A model generated the notes under the pieces. That model ran no database searches. It was not told where the DNA came from and saw only the letters and a list, made by a program, of their open reading frames with translations. The translations under genes and the position numbers were made by a program. Positions 29,005 to 43,242 of a DNA stretch of 64,000 nucleotides are shown one piece after another (within the stretch, counting starts at the first letter, position 1; each line of letters begins with the position of its first letter). Source of the stretch: Eledone cirrhosa (lineage: Eukaryota); NCBI GenBank assembly GCA_964016885.1, contig OZ024756.1, positions 4,154,001-4,218,000 of the forward strand, read 5' to 3'.

Positions 29005-29240
29005 ATAAATACATAAATAAATAAATATATACACAAGCACAATAACAACAAACACATATAAAAACACACTAGTAAACTAAGATAGAATTCAATAACCAAA
29101 ACACAGTCACCCAAACCCGAACACACACCAAACACTATACACACACGCAATCGTATGCGCGAAGAAGAAGACAAAAAAAAAATAAACAGATAAAATAAAA
29201 ATGGCGTGGATATAAAATACAACAGGAGGAACATAATAGT

Positions 29241-29282
29241 ACCACTGATGATGTTGCAGATGTGCAACGAAAGAACTTTGTT
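29241..29282 (+). ncRNA. Minimal hammerhead motif in the PLE 3' repeat
   Basis: ACCA-CTGATGA-t-GTTGCA gatg TGCAAC-GAAA-GAAC-TT-tgtt; one stem I mismatch. Confidence 0.7.
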
Positions 29283-29473
29283 AGACTATATATATATGTG
29301 TTTATATCTGTATTTTTGACCGTTGGTCAGTCAATGGTAAACATTGAGGACCGAATGAATTAACTGTGGAAATATAAAAGATACAGAAGCGAAAACCAAC
29401 CAAACAGTGAGTGTGTTCTGTTATTAATTCTGGTAATATTATTACAACAATATGACCCTCCCCAAGTATAACA

Positions 29474-29543
<70 letters not shown>

Positions 29544-29545
<2 letters not shown>

Positions 29546-29754
29546 CGAAGGAAATGTGGTAAGGAACCAGATGGACCATAACGCACCAAAGTCCAGAATT
29601 AGCCGTCGAAACGGGTTGAGCTCAGCCGTCGGGGTCCTACTCATTCCTATATATATATATAGGGGTCTTACTTGTTCCTATTACCCACTCTACTACCCTA
29701 AATATTGAGTACTTGGTGCGTTATGGTTCACCTGGTTCCTTACCACATTTCGTT
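29544..29754. mobile_element. Family F1, rearranged or double insertion
   Basis: Partial tail plus one arm, a TA run, then an inverted tail. Confidence 0.75.
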
Positions 29755-29873
29755 ATATATATATATATATATATATAATAGTGTTGTGTATCTGATAAGC
29801 AGGTCCTAGCGACCAACGTCAGTAGTTTATCCCAGGTAGGTGATAATGAGTGACGGAGTATTTATTTATCAAA

Positions 29874-29979
29874 TAATTGTTTCTACTTTTGGCACAAGGC
29901 CAGCAATTATTCCAGTACATTACTGGTATTTTATTTTATCGACCCCGTAAGGATGAAAGGCAAAGTTAACCTCGGCGGG
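29874..29979 (-). mobile_element. SINE family A, 5'-truncated
   Basis: Consensus match. Confidence 0.85.
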
Positions 29980-30024
29980 AATAATGGAAGTTAAGACGGC
30001 ATTAAATCAACATAATTGTTTATT

Positions 30025-30075
30025 ACATTATATATATTTCTGTTACATGGTTGTTCATGTGACTTCTTCAGATGC
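30025..30075 (-). ncRNA. Minimal hammerhead motif
   Basis: Minus: GCAT-CTGAAGA-aGTCACATG aacaac CATGTAACa-GAAA-TATATA-TA-ATGT. Confidence 0.65.
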
Positions 30076-30536
30076 TTATGTAATTATTGGTGTAGTTATG
30101 CAATGATTGTGATATGCCGGAGACCATGCACGTCATATCCAGTCGTGGAGACATTATATATTGCCTGAAAAAAATGTAGGAAGTGCTTATTGGAAAAAAA
30201 GCAAAAAACGGGAGGGAAATGATCTGAGGATAAAAAATAACAACACCAGCAACAACAACAATAAATCAGACGGTTATTATAACGAACGCAAATCAAATAA
30301 CCAGAAACTTCTGAAAAATGTTGCCTTGTTGAACCAGATTACACATGGAGTCACATCTGAAACTAGAGTGTTGGTAACAACCAATCTGTTACTAGTATGT
30401 GGCTATTCCGGTTCTCGTAGCCCTAATTTAAATCGACAAAACACATGTAGTACTATCAGTTGCCTTCGGTGCGTATTTCAATGGGAAATATGTATATATA
30501 TATATATAGATATATATATATATGTATATATATGTG

Positions 30537-30640
<104 letters not shown>

Positions 30641-30682
30641 TATATATATATATATATAGATATATATATATATATGTATATA

Positions 30683-30714
<32 letters not shown>

Positions 30715-30808
30715 GATATATATATATATATGTATATATATATATGTATATATATGTGTATATATATACATATATATATAGATATATATATATATGTATA
30801 TATATGTG

Positions 30809-30853
<45 letters not shown>

Positions 30854-31290
30854 ATATATACATATATATATAGATAGATATATATGTATATATATGTGTA
30901 TATATATACATATATATATAGATAGATATATATGATATATATATGTGTATATATATACATATATATATATAGATATATATATGTATATATATATGTATAT
31001 ATATGTGTATATATATACATATATAGATAGATATATATGTATATATATGTGTATATATATACATATATATATAGATATATATATATGTATATATATGTGT
31101 ATATATATATACATATATATATAGATATATATATATGTATATATATATGTGTATATATATGTGAATGTGTATATATATGTATGTAGTATGTGTGCATGAG
31201 AATTCAGGAGGTTTGACAAGGGTCGCTCTCAACCTCTAAAAAAAAGGATTAGATTCCTAGTTAACGAAAATATATGAATATAGGAGCAAT

Positions 31291-32560
31291 ATGGTATGTA
31301 TATGTATGGGTGTATATATGTATATGTATGGCTGTATATATGTATATGTATGGGTGTATATATGTATATGTATGGGTGTATATATGTATATGTATGGGTG
31401 TATATATGTATATGTATGGCTGTATATATGTATATGTATGGCTGTATATATGTATATGTATGGCTGTATATATGTATATGTATGGCTGTATATATGTATA
31501 TGTATGGCTGTATATATGTATATGTATGGCTGTATATATGTATATGTATGGCTGTATATATGTATATGTATGGGTGTATATATGTATATGTATGGGTGTA
31601 TATATGTATATGTATGGGTGTATATATGTATATGTATGGGTGTATATATGTATATGTATGGCTGTATATATGTATATGTATGGGTGTATATATGTATATG
31701 TATGGGTGTATATATGTATATGTATGGCTGTATATATGTATATGTATGGGTGTATATATGTATATGTATGGGTGTATATATGTATATGTATGGCTGTATA
31801 TATGTATATGTATGGCTGTATATATGTATATGTATGGGTGTATATATGTATATGTATGGGTGTATATATGTATATGTATGGCTGTATATATGTATATGTA
31901 TGGCTGTATATATGTATATGTATGGGTACATATGTATATGTATGGGTGTATATATGTATATGTATGGGTGTATATATGTATATGTATGGGTGTATATATG
32001 TATATGTATGGATGTATATATGTATATGTATGGATGTATATATGTATATGTATGGGTGTATATATGTATATGTATGGGTGTATATATGTATATGTATGGC
32101 TGTATATATGTATATGTATGAGTACATATATGTATATGTATGGGTACATATATGTATATTTATGAGTACATATATGTATATGTATGAGTACATATATGTA
32201 TATTTATGAGTACATATATGTATATGTATGAGTACATATATGTATATGTCTCGGTACATATATGTATATGTATGAGTACATATATGTATATTTATGAGTA
32301 CATATATGTATATGTATGAGTACATATATGTATATGTCTGGGTACATTATATGTATATGTCTGGGTACATATATGTATATGTATGGGTACATATATGTAT
32401 ATGTCTGGGTACATATATGTATATGTATGAGTACATATATGTATATGTATGAGTACATATATGTATATGTATGGGTACATATATGTATATGTCTGGGTAC
32501 ATATATGTATATGTATGGGTACATATATGTATATGTATGAGTACATATATGTATATGTAT
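31291..32560. repeat. 22-bp minisatellite (gtatatatgtatatgtatgggt) with polar variant gradient
   Basis: Period 22, about 57 units. Confidence 0.95.
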
Positions 32561-32686
32561 CAGTAAATATTTGAATATGTGTGCATCCACACACACACAT
32601 ACACATACACAAATATATTATATAATGCATACGCATACGCGATCTCACATATGTACGAGGAAAAATATGTATGTATAAATATACAT

Positions 32687-32717
<31 letters not shown>

Positions 32718-32779
32718 CAAAAGCATATTCATATGCGTACATATAATTATAGATATGGATATATATATATTATATATAT

Positions 32780-32821
<42 letters not shown>

Positions 32822-32920
32822 AGGGGGGGGGTATATATATAGTCATGTATGTGTATATGTGTGTTGTGTTTTTTGCCCATATATGTATCAATAAATCTAT
32901 TATGCAGACCCATGTGTGTA

Positions 32921-32974
<54 letters not shown>

Positions 32975-32975
32975 C

Positions 32976-33018
<43 letters not shown>

Positions 33019-33337
33019 TCTCTACATAGATATATGTTATTCTTACTTATGAATATATATATATATAAATAAATATTAAATATAAATATATATACTATAT
33101 ATATATATGTATGCTTTTAAACTGGCCGATTATGACTTGTTAGAAAAACTAATGACGATTGCAGCTGAGTAATGTATTCACCACCTGTTTTCCTGAATAT
33201 TTCACATCTTTTAATATCTTACTCAGCTGTGTCTCTCTGTACGACACACCACCACCACCTAAAGAGGGAAAGATGGTGTGGGGTGGGGGCTGCTGTCTTT
33301 CACATGTGCTCACACACACATATATATATATGTATAT

Positions 33338-33393
<56 letters not shown>

Positions 33394-33395
33394 TG

Positions 33396-34296
33396 AACGG
33401 AAAAAATGAAACGAAATTTTATTTCCCACTCTTAGTACGGCTGTTACTTAAATATAAGTATGTACACGTACATACATATATGTATACAGATGTACAGTAG
33501 TATGTATATATATATATACATACATGCATATATATATATATGTACGTATGGATTCACCGAACATTTATTATAATGCTCGATGTGTTTGTAAACAAACATC
33601 CCGTATTAAGCCGTAGTGTCTAGCAACCATCGTTGGTCGAATGCTCAACACTGACAAGGAACGCTGTACTAGTTTCAAGCTTATTAGCTATCGTCAGCAA
33701 CGTATACCTTCCTGCCAGATTGTTGAACGTATATACTTACCTTATGCATATTAACGGCTGAGTAGCCTAATTTGCATATCGATACGTACATATATATATG
33801 TGTGCATGTATGTATATATATAGACATACTACTGTACATCTGTATACATATATGTATGTGTACATACTTATATTTAAGTAACAGCCGTACTAAGAGTGGG
33901 AAATGAAATTTCGTTTCATTTTTTCCGTTTATCGTTTTCGGTGCACCCGGCTGATTAAACCACTCGATATGCAAATTGAACTACTCAGCCGTTAATATGC
34001 ATAAAGAAAGTATATACTCTCAGACGTTCAACAATCTGGCAGGAAGGTATACGTTGCTGACGATAGTTAATAAGCTTGAAACTAGTACAGCGTTCCTTTG
34101 TCAGTGTTGAGCAAACGAGCAACGATGGTTGCTAGACACTACGGCTTAATACGGGATGTTTGTTTACAAACACAGCGAGCATTATAATAAATGTTCGGTA
34201 AATCCATACGTACATATATATATGTGTGCATGTATGTATATATATATATACATACTACTGTACATCTGTATACATATATGTATGTACGTGTACATA

Positions 34297-34302
<6 letters not shown>
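33396..34302. mobile_element. Second locus of the ~425-bp retrozyme-like unit, fold-back
   Basis: Minus arm 33396-33781, plus arm 33782-34302 with 424-bp periodicity (33782 repeats at 34206); HHRs 33661-33703 (-) and 34051-34093 (+). Confidence 0.85.
34051..34093 (+). ncRNA. Minimal type I hammerhead ribozyme
   Basis: ACGTTG-CTGACGA-tAGTT aata AGCTt-GAAA-CTAG-TA-CAGCGT; palindromic stem III ACTAGT; GUA site. Confidence 0.8.
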
Positions 34303-34354
<52 letters not shown>

Positions 34355-34383
34355 CTTATATATATATATATATATATAAAAAA

Positions 34384-34461
<78 letters not shown>

Positions 34462-34465
34462 TTAT

Positions 34466-34905
34466 AACGAAGACAAGAGAGATACGCAGTGATCTACATG
34501 TGGAAAATCCTGGACAGACTAGCACCAAACTTTGGCATTGGGAGCTGGACCAACCGTCGAACAGGACGTCACTGTGTGGTGCCAAAGGTCCCGTCTTCCA
34601 CATCTAGAATAAGGAGCAGGTATTGCAATAGACTTGGATTCAAGGGCCTTCAACTCTTCAACAAGCTGCCGAGGTATCTGAGAGATTTGCATCACGTGGA
34701 GGTCGTTATCTTTAAGAAACATCTCCACACCTTGCTATCCAGGATCCCGGATGAGCCCACAGCAAGGGACGAACAACAAACTCCCTCTTACACCAGTGGC
34801 CAGCCTATACAGGCCGGAGATAAAATGTGTAGCAACAAGGGTGGTGCCCCAGCATGGGCTCAGCCGGATGGCTGGAACAGGTAAATGAGTAAAAGAATAA
34901 AAGAG
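34466..34905 (+). mobile_element. CR1/L2-group LINE 3' fragment in (TA)n
   Basis: [43 protein letters not shown]. Confidence 0.8.
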
Positions 34906-34941
34906 TGTATATATATATATATATATATATGTATATACATG

Positions 34942-35777
<836 letters not shown>

Positions 35778-36032
35778 TTTATACTTGTGTATAATGGTAG
35801 CTATGGTGCTTCCATAGGCGGTATGCCAAAATTAGCACTCAATATTCATACGGAGTAGAATGTGGATAGTATAAAAAAACAAAAAAATCAGTGATGCATC
35901 TGGATTCAGTTTATTGCGTGTTACAATTGTTTCGCCGGCAGGTAGCTCGAGACATGATCACCGTATGGATCTGGCTGATTCTATGGCTGCAGGTTCCTTC
36001 GGACACAGGTAGTTCGTTTTTTTATACTATAA

Positions 36033-36077
<45 letters not shown>

Positions 36078-36130
36078 ATTATATATATATATGTATATAT
36101 ATATATATAGTATAAAAAATATATATCCAT

Positions 36131-36179
<49 letters not shown>

Positions 36180-36194
36180 TATATATATATATAA

Positions 36195-36226
<32 letters not shown>

Positions 36227-36232
36227 GTATAC

Positions 36233-36327
<95 letters not shown>

Positions 36328-36359
36328 GTAGGTCCCGGGTTGAGTCGGGGATAACCACA

Positions 36360-36409
<50 letters not shown>

Positions 36410-36412
36410 ATA

Positions 36413-36478
<66 letters not shown>

Positions 36479-36486
36479 AATAAATA

Positions 36487-36690
36487 GAGGTGTAACACAC
36501 GAGTTGTGATATATTAGTAAAAGGAAAAGAAAATGGTGACAAATTTTTCCCAGTGATAAATACTTTAATTAGGAATAAGTATAAATTAGTAATAAGTATT
36601 GGTTAGTATTCAGTTTTAGTTTTAAGTTTTTACCGGTTGCGCATTTCTAATGCTTTTCAAAAATAATTTAAAGATAGAGCGCTCGTGATG
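36487..36690. mobile_element. Single-arm relative of the 46548-46786 fold-back
   Basis: gaggtgtaacacac..ggttagtattcagtttt shared. Confidence 0.7.
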
Positions 36691-36695
36691 TTTGC

Positions 36696-36736
<41 letters not shown>

Positions 36737-36805
36737 TATTTATATATGTATATATATATATATATACATATACACATATATATATGTATATATATATATA
36801 TATAT

Positions 36806-36877
<72 letters not shown>

Positions 36878-36947
36878 TTATATATTTATATATATATATA
36901 CATATACACATATATATATGTAGATATATATATATATATATACACAT

Positions 36948-37029
<82 letters not shown>

Positions 37030-37037
<8 letters not shown>

Positions 37038-37571
37038 ATACTTTGGGAGGGTCATGTTGCTAATAAGAAACACACGTACCATCGCTTTCACTTCAATTTA
37101 TTATAATAAATTTATAAATTTAGGAATTTATAAATTTCCGGTTGGTTGGTTGGTTTCACAACCAGATGATTGTTTATATATTGTCAAAGTTCTTTCGTCA
37201 CACATTCTGTGACCTCTTCAGTGACTGGGGATTCTTTTCTTTGTTTTTGTGCCTCTCCTTTGTTCTGTCCTACGCCTTCTCAAGATGGCGTAGGACAGAA
37301 CAAAGGAGAAGCACAAAAACAAAGAAAATAATCCCCAGTCACTGAAGAGGTCACAGAATGTGTGACGAAAGAACTTTGACAATATATAAACAATCATCTG
37401 GTTGTGAAACCAACCAACCAACCGGAAATTTATAAATTTATTATAATAAATTGAAGTGAAAGTAGCTGGTGCGTGTGTTTCTTATTGGCAACATGTCCCT
37501 CCCAAAGTATAACAATATCGGTTTCAACACACGTTTTCAGATAAAGAATCTTGCTAAACAAATTCAGAAAC
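37030..37571. mobile_element. PLE-derived fold-back, terminal repeat related to the 27.7-29.5 kb PLE
   Basis: ~245-bp near-perfect inverted repeat centred ~37281 with right tail; ends ccctcccaaagtataacaata like the PLE repeat. Confidence 0.9.
37338..37380 (+). ncRNA. Minimal hammerhead ribozyme (mirror 37183-37225, minus)
   Basis: GTCA-CTGAAGA-g-GTCACA gaatg TGTGAC-GAAA-GAAC-TT-TGAC; stems differ from the 29241 copy while staying paired. Confidence 0.82.
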
Positions 37572-37624
37572 TATATATATATATATATAAATATATATAT
37601 GGGTGGGTGTGTGTGTGTGTGTAT

Positions 37625-38149
37625 AAAAAAGAAAATTTTCGCTCTACAAGGCTGAATACAATAAATGTTATCTGAGTTTTTCGAATATTAATAATAATAT
37701 TCGATTCGTTTGCAATTATTCGAACAAGCCTCAATTTTATAGCCATGTCAGTAGAATGAACCCTTCATTCTTGCTCTTGTGTTGGCATGTGAACAGAACT
37801 GCAGACACTAATGTTTCTGGGTATCACCCTTCATCAGTACAGCTCACTGTTCACTTGCCAAACTGTCAGAGCTAGTGAAAATATATGATATTTTAAACAG
37901 TCACTGTGTATTTTTGAAAATATCATATATTTTCACTAGCACTGACAGTTTGGCAGGTGAACAGTGAGCTGTACTGATGAAGGGTGATACCCAGAAACAT
38001 TAGTGTCTGCAGTTCTGTTCACATGCCAACACAAGAGCAAGAATGAAGTGTTCATTCTACTGACATGGCTATAAAATTGAGGCTTGTTTGCATAATTGCA
38101 AACGAATCGAATGTTATTATTAATATTCGAAAAACTCAGATTACATTTA
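37625..38149. mobile_element. Fold-back element with a hammerhead in each arm
   Basis: Arms ~37661-37895 and ~37914-38149, short left tail. Confidence 0.9.
37966..38015 (+). ncRNA. Type I hammerhead ribozyme (mirror 37796-37845, minus)
   Basis: GAGCTGTA-CTGATGA-aGGGT gat ACCCa-GAAA-CATTAGTG-TC-TGCAGTTC; stem I extendable (tgaacag/ctgttca); GUC site. Confidence 0.82.
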
Positions 38150-38180
38150 TATATATATATTTATATATATATGTGTGTGT

Positions 38181-38243
<63 letters not shown>

Positions 38244-38398
38244 TATATATATTTATATATACATACATATATATATAAATATATAATACATAAATGTAAT
38301 CTGAGTGTGTATATATATATATATATGTATGTAAAAGGTAAACAGAAATAACAACACAATCGGTACATTATATGGAAGGGATATGTTAGATTAACGAT

Positions 38399-38446
<48 letters not shown>

Positions 38447-38454
38447 TGTAATGT

Positions 38455-38657
38455 GGCCGTGTAGGCAACACGGTAAAAACCTCCCAGACCCACACTGTAA
38501 ATGTGGTTGGTGTTAGGAAGGGCATCCAACTGTAGAAAACCTGCCAGACAGTCCTATGCGAGCAAGAAAATCACTCTTGCCTCAAGTGGGACTACCCCCG
38601 TCCAAACCCATGCAAGCATGGAACACGGACGTTAAACGTTGATGATGATGATGATGA
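38455..38657 (+). mobile_element. SINE or RTE-tail-like fragment with (GAT)n end
   Basis: gttaggaagggcatcca..catgcaagcatggaacacggacgttaaa..gatgatgat. Confidence 0.6.
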
Positions 38658-38783
38658 TATATATATATATATATTGAGAGAGAGAGAGAGAGAGAGAGGG
38701 GGGTCAACACTCTCATGCACTACACATGACTACCATTCGTATTTTAGCTTCTAATATTACTTCTCTGTTTGCCGCTGGAGTTG

Positions 38784-38817
<34 letters not shown>

Positions 38818-39180
38818 ATCTGTTGCAGATATCAATCGGGTTTATATTACTACATACTTTCAGTCACAGATATGTTAGTGACACCGTAGCCAATGTTCTG
38901 AGGGGAAAATATCTAATGAATTAGTAATTATTTTTTGTTAACGATAAAACAGTATGAGCTTAATGACTAGTATTGCTTTAACCTGATTGTAGAAAGTACA
39001 GGCGACAACTAATCGACATGTTCCAACCTTATGGGACTTCCTCAGTGAATTGCAGCTTTCTCTCTATTCGGCAAATTATTGGCTAACCAATACATTCCAA
39101 CACCTTCTCACTCACATTGGAGGAGCCACTTCGTGATTGATCTCCATTGCTTGTCGTTTTGATCATGTCTTCAGGATGAA

Positions 39181-40293
39181 GTCATACTCAATACTGAGGG
39201 ATGTAGTCATACTCAACACTCAGGGATGTAGTCATACTCAACACTCAGGGATGTAGCCATACTCAATACTGAGGAATGTAGCCATACTCAATACTGAGGG
39301 ATGTAGTCATACTCAACACTCAGGGATGTAGTCATACTCAATACTGATGGATGTAGTCGCACTCAATACTGAGGGATGTGGCCATACTCAACACACAGAG
39401 ACGTAGCCATACTCAATACTGAGAGATGTAGCCATACTCAATACTGAGAGATGTAGCCATACTCAATACTGAGGGATGTAGCCATACTCAATACTGAGGG
39501 ATGTAGTCGCACTCAATACTGAGAGATGTAGCCATACTCAATACTGTGAGATGTAGCCATACTCAATACTGAGGGATGTAGTCGCACTCAATACTGAGAG
39601 ATGTAGCCATACTCAATACTGAGAGATGTAGCCATACTCAATACTGAGGGATGTAGTCGCACTCAATACTGAGAGATGTAGCCATACTCAACACTCAGGG
39701 ATGTAGCCATACTCAATACTGAGGGATGTGGCCATACTCAACACTCAGGGATGTAGCCATACTCAATACTGAGGGATGTAGTCGCATTCAATACTGAGAG
39801 ATGTAGCCATACTCAATACTGAGAGATGTAGCCATACTCAATACTGAGGGATGTAGTCGCACTCAATACTGAGAGATGTAGCCATACTCAATACTGAGGG
39901 ATGTAGCCATACTCAATACTGAGAGATGTAGCCATACTCAATACTGAGGGATGTAGTCGCACTCAATACTGAGGGATGAGGCCATACTCAACACTCAGGG
40001 ATGTAGTCGCACTCAATACTGAGGGATCTGGCCATACTCAACACTCAGGGATGTAGTCGCACTCAATACTGAGGGATGTGGCCATACTCAACACTCAGGG
40101 ATGTAGTCGCACTCAATACTGAGGGATGTGGCCATACTCAACACTCAGGGATGTAGTCGCACTCAATACTGAGGGATGTGGCCATACTCAACACTCAGGG
40201 ATGTAGCCATACTCAATACTGAGGGATGAGGCCATACTCAACACTCAGGGATGAGGCCATACTCAATACTGAGGGATGAGGCCATACTCAATA
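39181..40293. repeat. 25-bp minisatellite (gccatactcaatactgagggatgta), ~44 copies
   Basis: Exact 25-bp period; no unique spacers. Confidence 0.97.
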
Positions 40294-40729
40294 CGCTCAG
40301 CCAAATGTGGGTTGGTGGGGCTATTTTAGCCGTAGATGGGGTGGATGGCCGTTGACACTGAAGAGTTCATCCACCCATTACCAGCTCTTGCTTTTTGTGC
40401 TGCTCGTGTTCCATTTACCCTCCTTCCAGATCAGGGACTGATGGCGTAGCCAGCTTAATTATCGATTACTCGGCCATTTAGCAGGTTTTACTGGATGACA
40501 TGGTACCAGTCTGATCTGACCTATCGTTATGTACAATCATGGGCCAGGATAGTGTTGCAAAGTTATAATAATTGTTTTTAAAATTGGTACAAGCTCAGAA
40601 TTTGGAGTAAAATGGAATGTTAATTATAACGACCCAGTATTTAACTGGTACTTGAATTTAGAACGTAAAGAGCCGTAACTCTTGCCGCAAAGCATGTTGT
40701 CGGACGCTCTATCGATACTGACAATATTA

Positions 40730-40900
40730 ATAACGGTTTCTGATTTAGGCACAAGATCAACCATTTTGGAGGAAGGGGAAAGTCAATTAAATCGACCCCA
40801 GTGCGTTACTGGTTCTTTATTTTATCGACCCCGTAAAGATGAAAGGCAGTGCTATCCTCAGTTTCAGAAGATAAAGGGCCGTAACTCTACGCTGATACTG
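40730..40900 (-). mobile_element. Diverged SINE family A (further remnant ~40570-40720)
   Basis: tttattttatcgaccccgtaaagatgaaaggc. Confidence 0.7.
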
Positions 40901-41134
40901 AACATATTAATAATAACAACAACAACAACAACGATAATAGTTAACTTTCTAAGAAATGTAGAATATATATTTTTATAGCGTGAGATGAAAGACCAAATCC
41001 TCGCTGTCAGTTACCAGATCTCGTCTCACACGAGAATCATGGAATCGTCTGATGATTCTGAACAGGGTTGAAACTTGTTAGTCAATGTGATGAAGTGTAC
41101 CTCCATTTGCCTGCATCAATAACCAACAGTATGT

Positions 41135-41240
41135 CCCCGCCGAGGTTAACTTTGCCTTTCATCCTTACGGGGTCGATAAAATAAAGTACCAGTAATACAC
41201 TGGGGTAATTTGCTGGCCTTGTGCCTAAAGTAGAAACAAG
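41135..41240 (+). mobile_element. 5'-truncated SINE family A with 9-bp TSD
   Basis: TSD agtatgtcc at 41128-41136 and 41239-41247. Confidence 0.88.
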
Positions 41241-41690
41241 TATGTCCTATGTCATCATAGTTGAACTGAACTGGAATGGAATTCACAGTTCTCACCTACG
41301 CAGTTGGCCTCATATGAGGTTTCCTGAATGTTTAACGATACTGACCACGGTTTTATCATACGGCCGACCACACACATATTTTGTTAATACAGTTCATACT
41401 TATACAATACAGTTTTAGCTGGCTTCTTAAGAGGCTGCCTCACAATGGAGATTTCTTAGGTATTTTAATTTTAGTAGACACCAGTCTTTTCATGAAGACA
41501 ACAGAAAATTGAGTTTCTTGATGAAGAACACAAGGTGCTGCCCGGTTCAGGAACGGAACCCAAGACCTTATATCGTGAACCAAACACACTAACCAATAAA
41601 CCACATTTATCAAAACATAATTATAATAATTTAATTAATTAGATTTTATTCTTGCCTTCATATTTCAGGTAGTGAGAAGATATCGATTAA

Positions 41691-41877
41691 ATAATTGTTT
41701 CTGCTTTTGGCACAAGGCCAGCAATTACCCAGTACATTACTGGTACTTTATTTTATCGACCCCGTAAGGATGAAAGGCAAAGTTAACCTCGGCGGGATTT
41801 GAACTCAGGCCATAAAGGGCCGTAACTCTTTGCTACAAAGCATGGCGTCCGACCCTCTACCGATACTGCCAATCCAA
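41691..41877 (-). mobile_element. SINE family A (older remnant follows to ~42040)
   Basis: Consensus match. Confidence 0.9.
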
Positions 41878-42764
41878 TGAGTTTTGATTGAGGCACAAGG
41901 TCAGAGGAAGGTCGATTATACCGAACTCAAAAGAGTGGAAAGCAAAGTTGACGTTGGCAGGTTTGAACTCAAACCAAAATGCATCGTAACTAATACAAGA
42001 CATTTTGTTCGACGCTCTGACGATTCTGACAACCAAACGCCCTCAATTAATGAATAAATTTATAATAGCTATGTTTGGATAAGAAAATTACATTTGTTGA
42101 ATAACAATTATTATTTTAAACTTAATTTGGCACGTGTGGGTGATAACTTTGGATATGATTTGGACTTCGTGAAGTGTCAGAAAGATACATACATATATAT
42201 CTCTCTATACACACACACGTACATATATATATGTGTGTGTGTGTGTGTAGAGAGAGAGAGAGTGAGAGAGAGAAAGAGGGAGAATGACATAGAGAGACAG
42301 AAGTTTCACTAACTATATTTAGTGCAATATTTATCCAGATACCACAATTCTGTTCATGGGTTGAGTGGTCTCTTAAATATGGATATTCCACACTAAATTA
42401 CACATTCTCTCACTCTCTCTCTCACTCTCTCTATCTTTCTCTCTCACTCACTCTCTCTCTGTCATTCTCTCTCTCTCTCTCTGCATATACATACATTCAT
42501 ATATATATATATAATACGCCTCTTTTGTGTGCATACGGGAGTAATCAAATATGAAATATTTATGCACAACACAGCTGATATTAGAAAATCTAAAATTAAT
42601 TTAATGTAAATATAACTAGAGATTTATATTGTATGTCACTTAGAAAATAGAATCACAAGTAAATGCTTCTTATTATCATCATCATCTAACAGACAACAGT
42701 ATAGGAATTATCTTTATGTGTTTCAGAGATTATTGGCTGCTCATCAGAAGGTTCCTTCACTCGT

Positions 42765-42970
42765 TGGCAGTATCAGTAGAGTGCCAAATAACAGGCTTTG
42801 CAGCATATAGTTGCACCACTTTACTTTCTGAATTCAAATCCAGACGAGGTTATGCTTGCTTTTCATCCTTACAGGGTCAATAAAATAAAGTACCAGTAAC
42901 ACATTGGGGTCGAGGTAATATTTCCCCTCCCCCAAAATTGTTGGTCTTGTGCATAAATCAGAAACCATTG
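42765..42970 (+). mobile_element. Diverged SINE family A
   Basis: tggcagtatcag, gaattcaaatc, body. Confidence 0.7.
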
Positions 42971-43242
42971 TTATCTATCGGGCAACAACATAGGTATTCT
43001 CTTTACGCGCTTCAGAGTTTGTTGGTTGTTCTTCAGAAGATTATTTCACTCGGTTTCTTACAGTATCATTAGAATTAGGAGACACTATTTGACAGAATGA
43101 CTTTCAGGTGACAGGTGACATTTATGGAAGGGTTTGCAGTTATTTTTGTTGTTTAGCCCCAGGTCAACATCGAATGAACACACCTTATCGAGTCATTTAG
43201 AGGTATTTCTCCCTAGAGTATATGTATATATGTATGTTTATG

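Larger units (their letters stand above)
27656..29475 (+). mobile_element. 5'-truncated Penelope-like element with inverted terminal (pLTR) repeat
   Basis: Inverted copy ~27696-27863 of 3' repeat ~29309-29475; internal RT and GIY-YIG coding remnant; microsatellite flanks. Confidence 0.9.

Noticed and set aside
39181-40293. CRISPR-like regular repeat (also 44955-46060 and 60812-61415)
   Set aside because: Contiguous units without unique spacers, no cas genes, eukaryotic context.
41044-41086. CTGATGA..GAAA..GTC hammerhead-like string (also ~1842-1878 and ~24232-24270)
   Set aside because: Stem I or the core is not convincingly satisfied; may be chance or heavily decayed.
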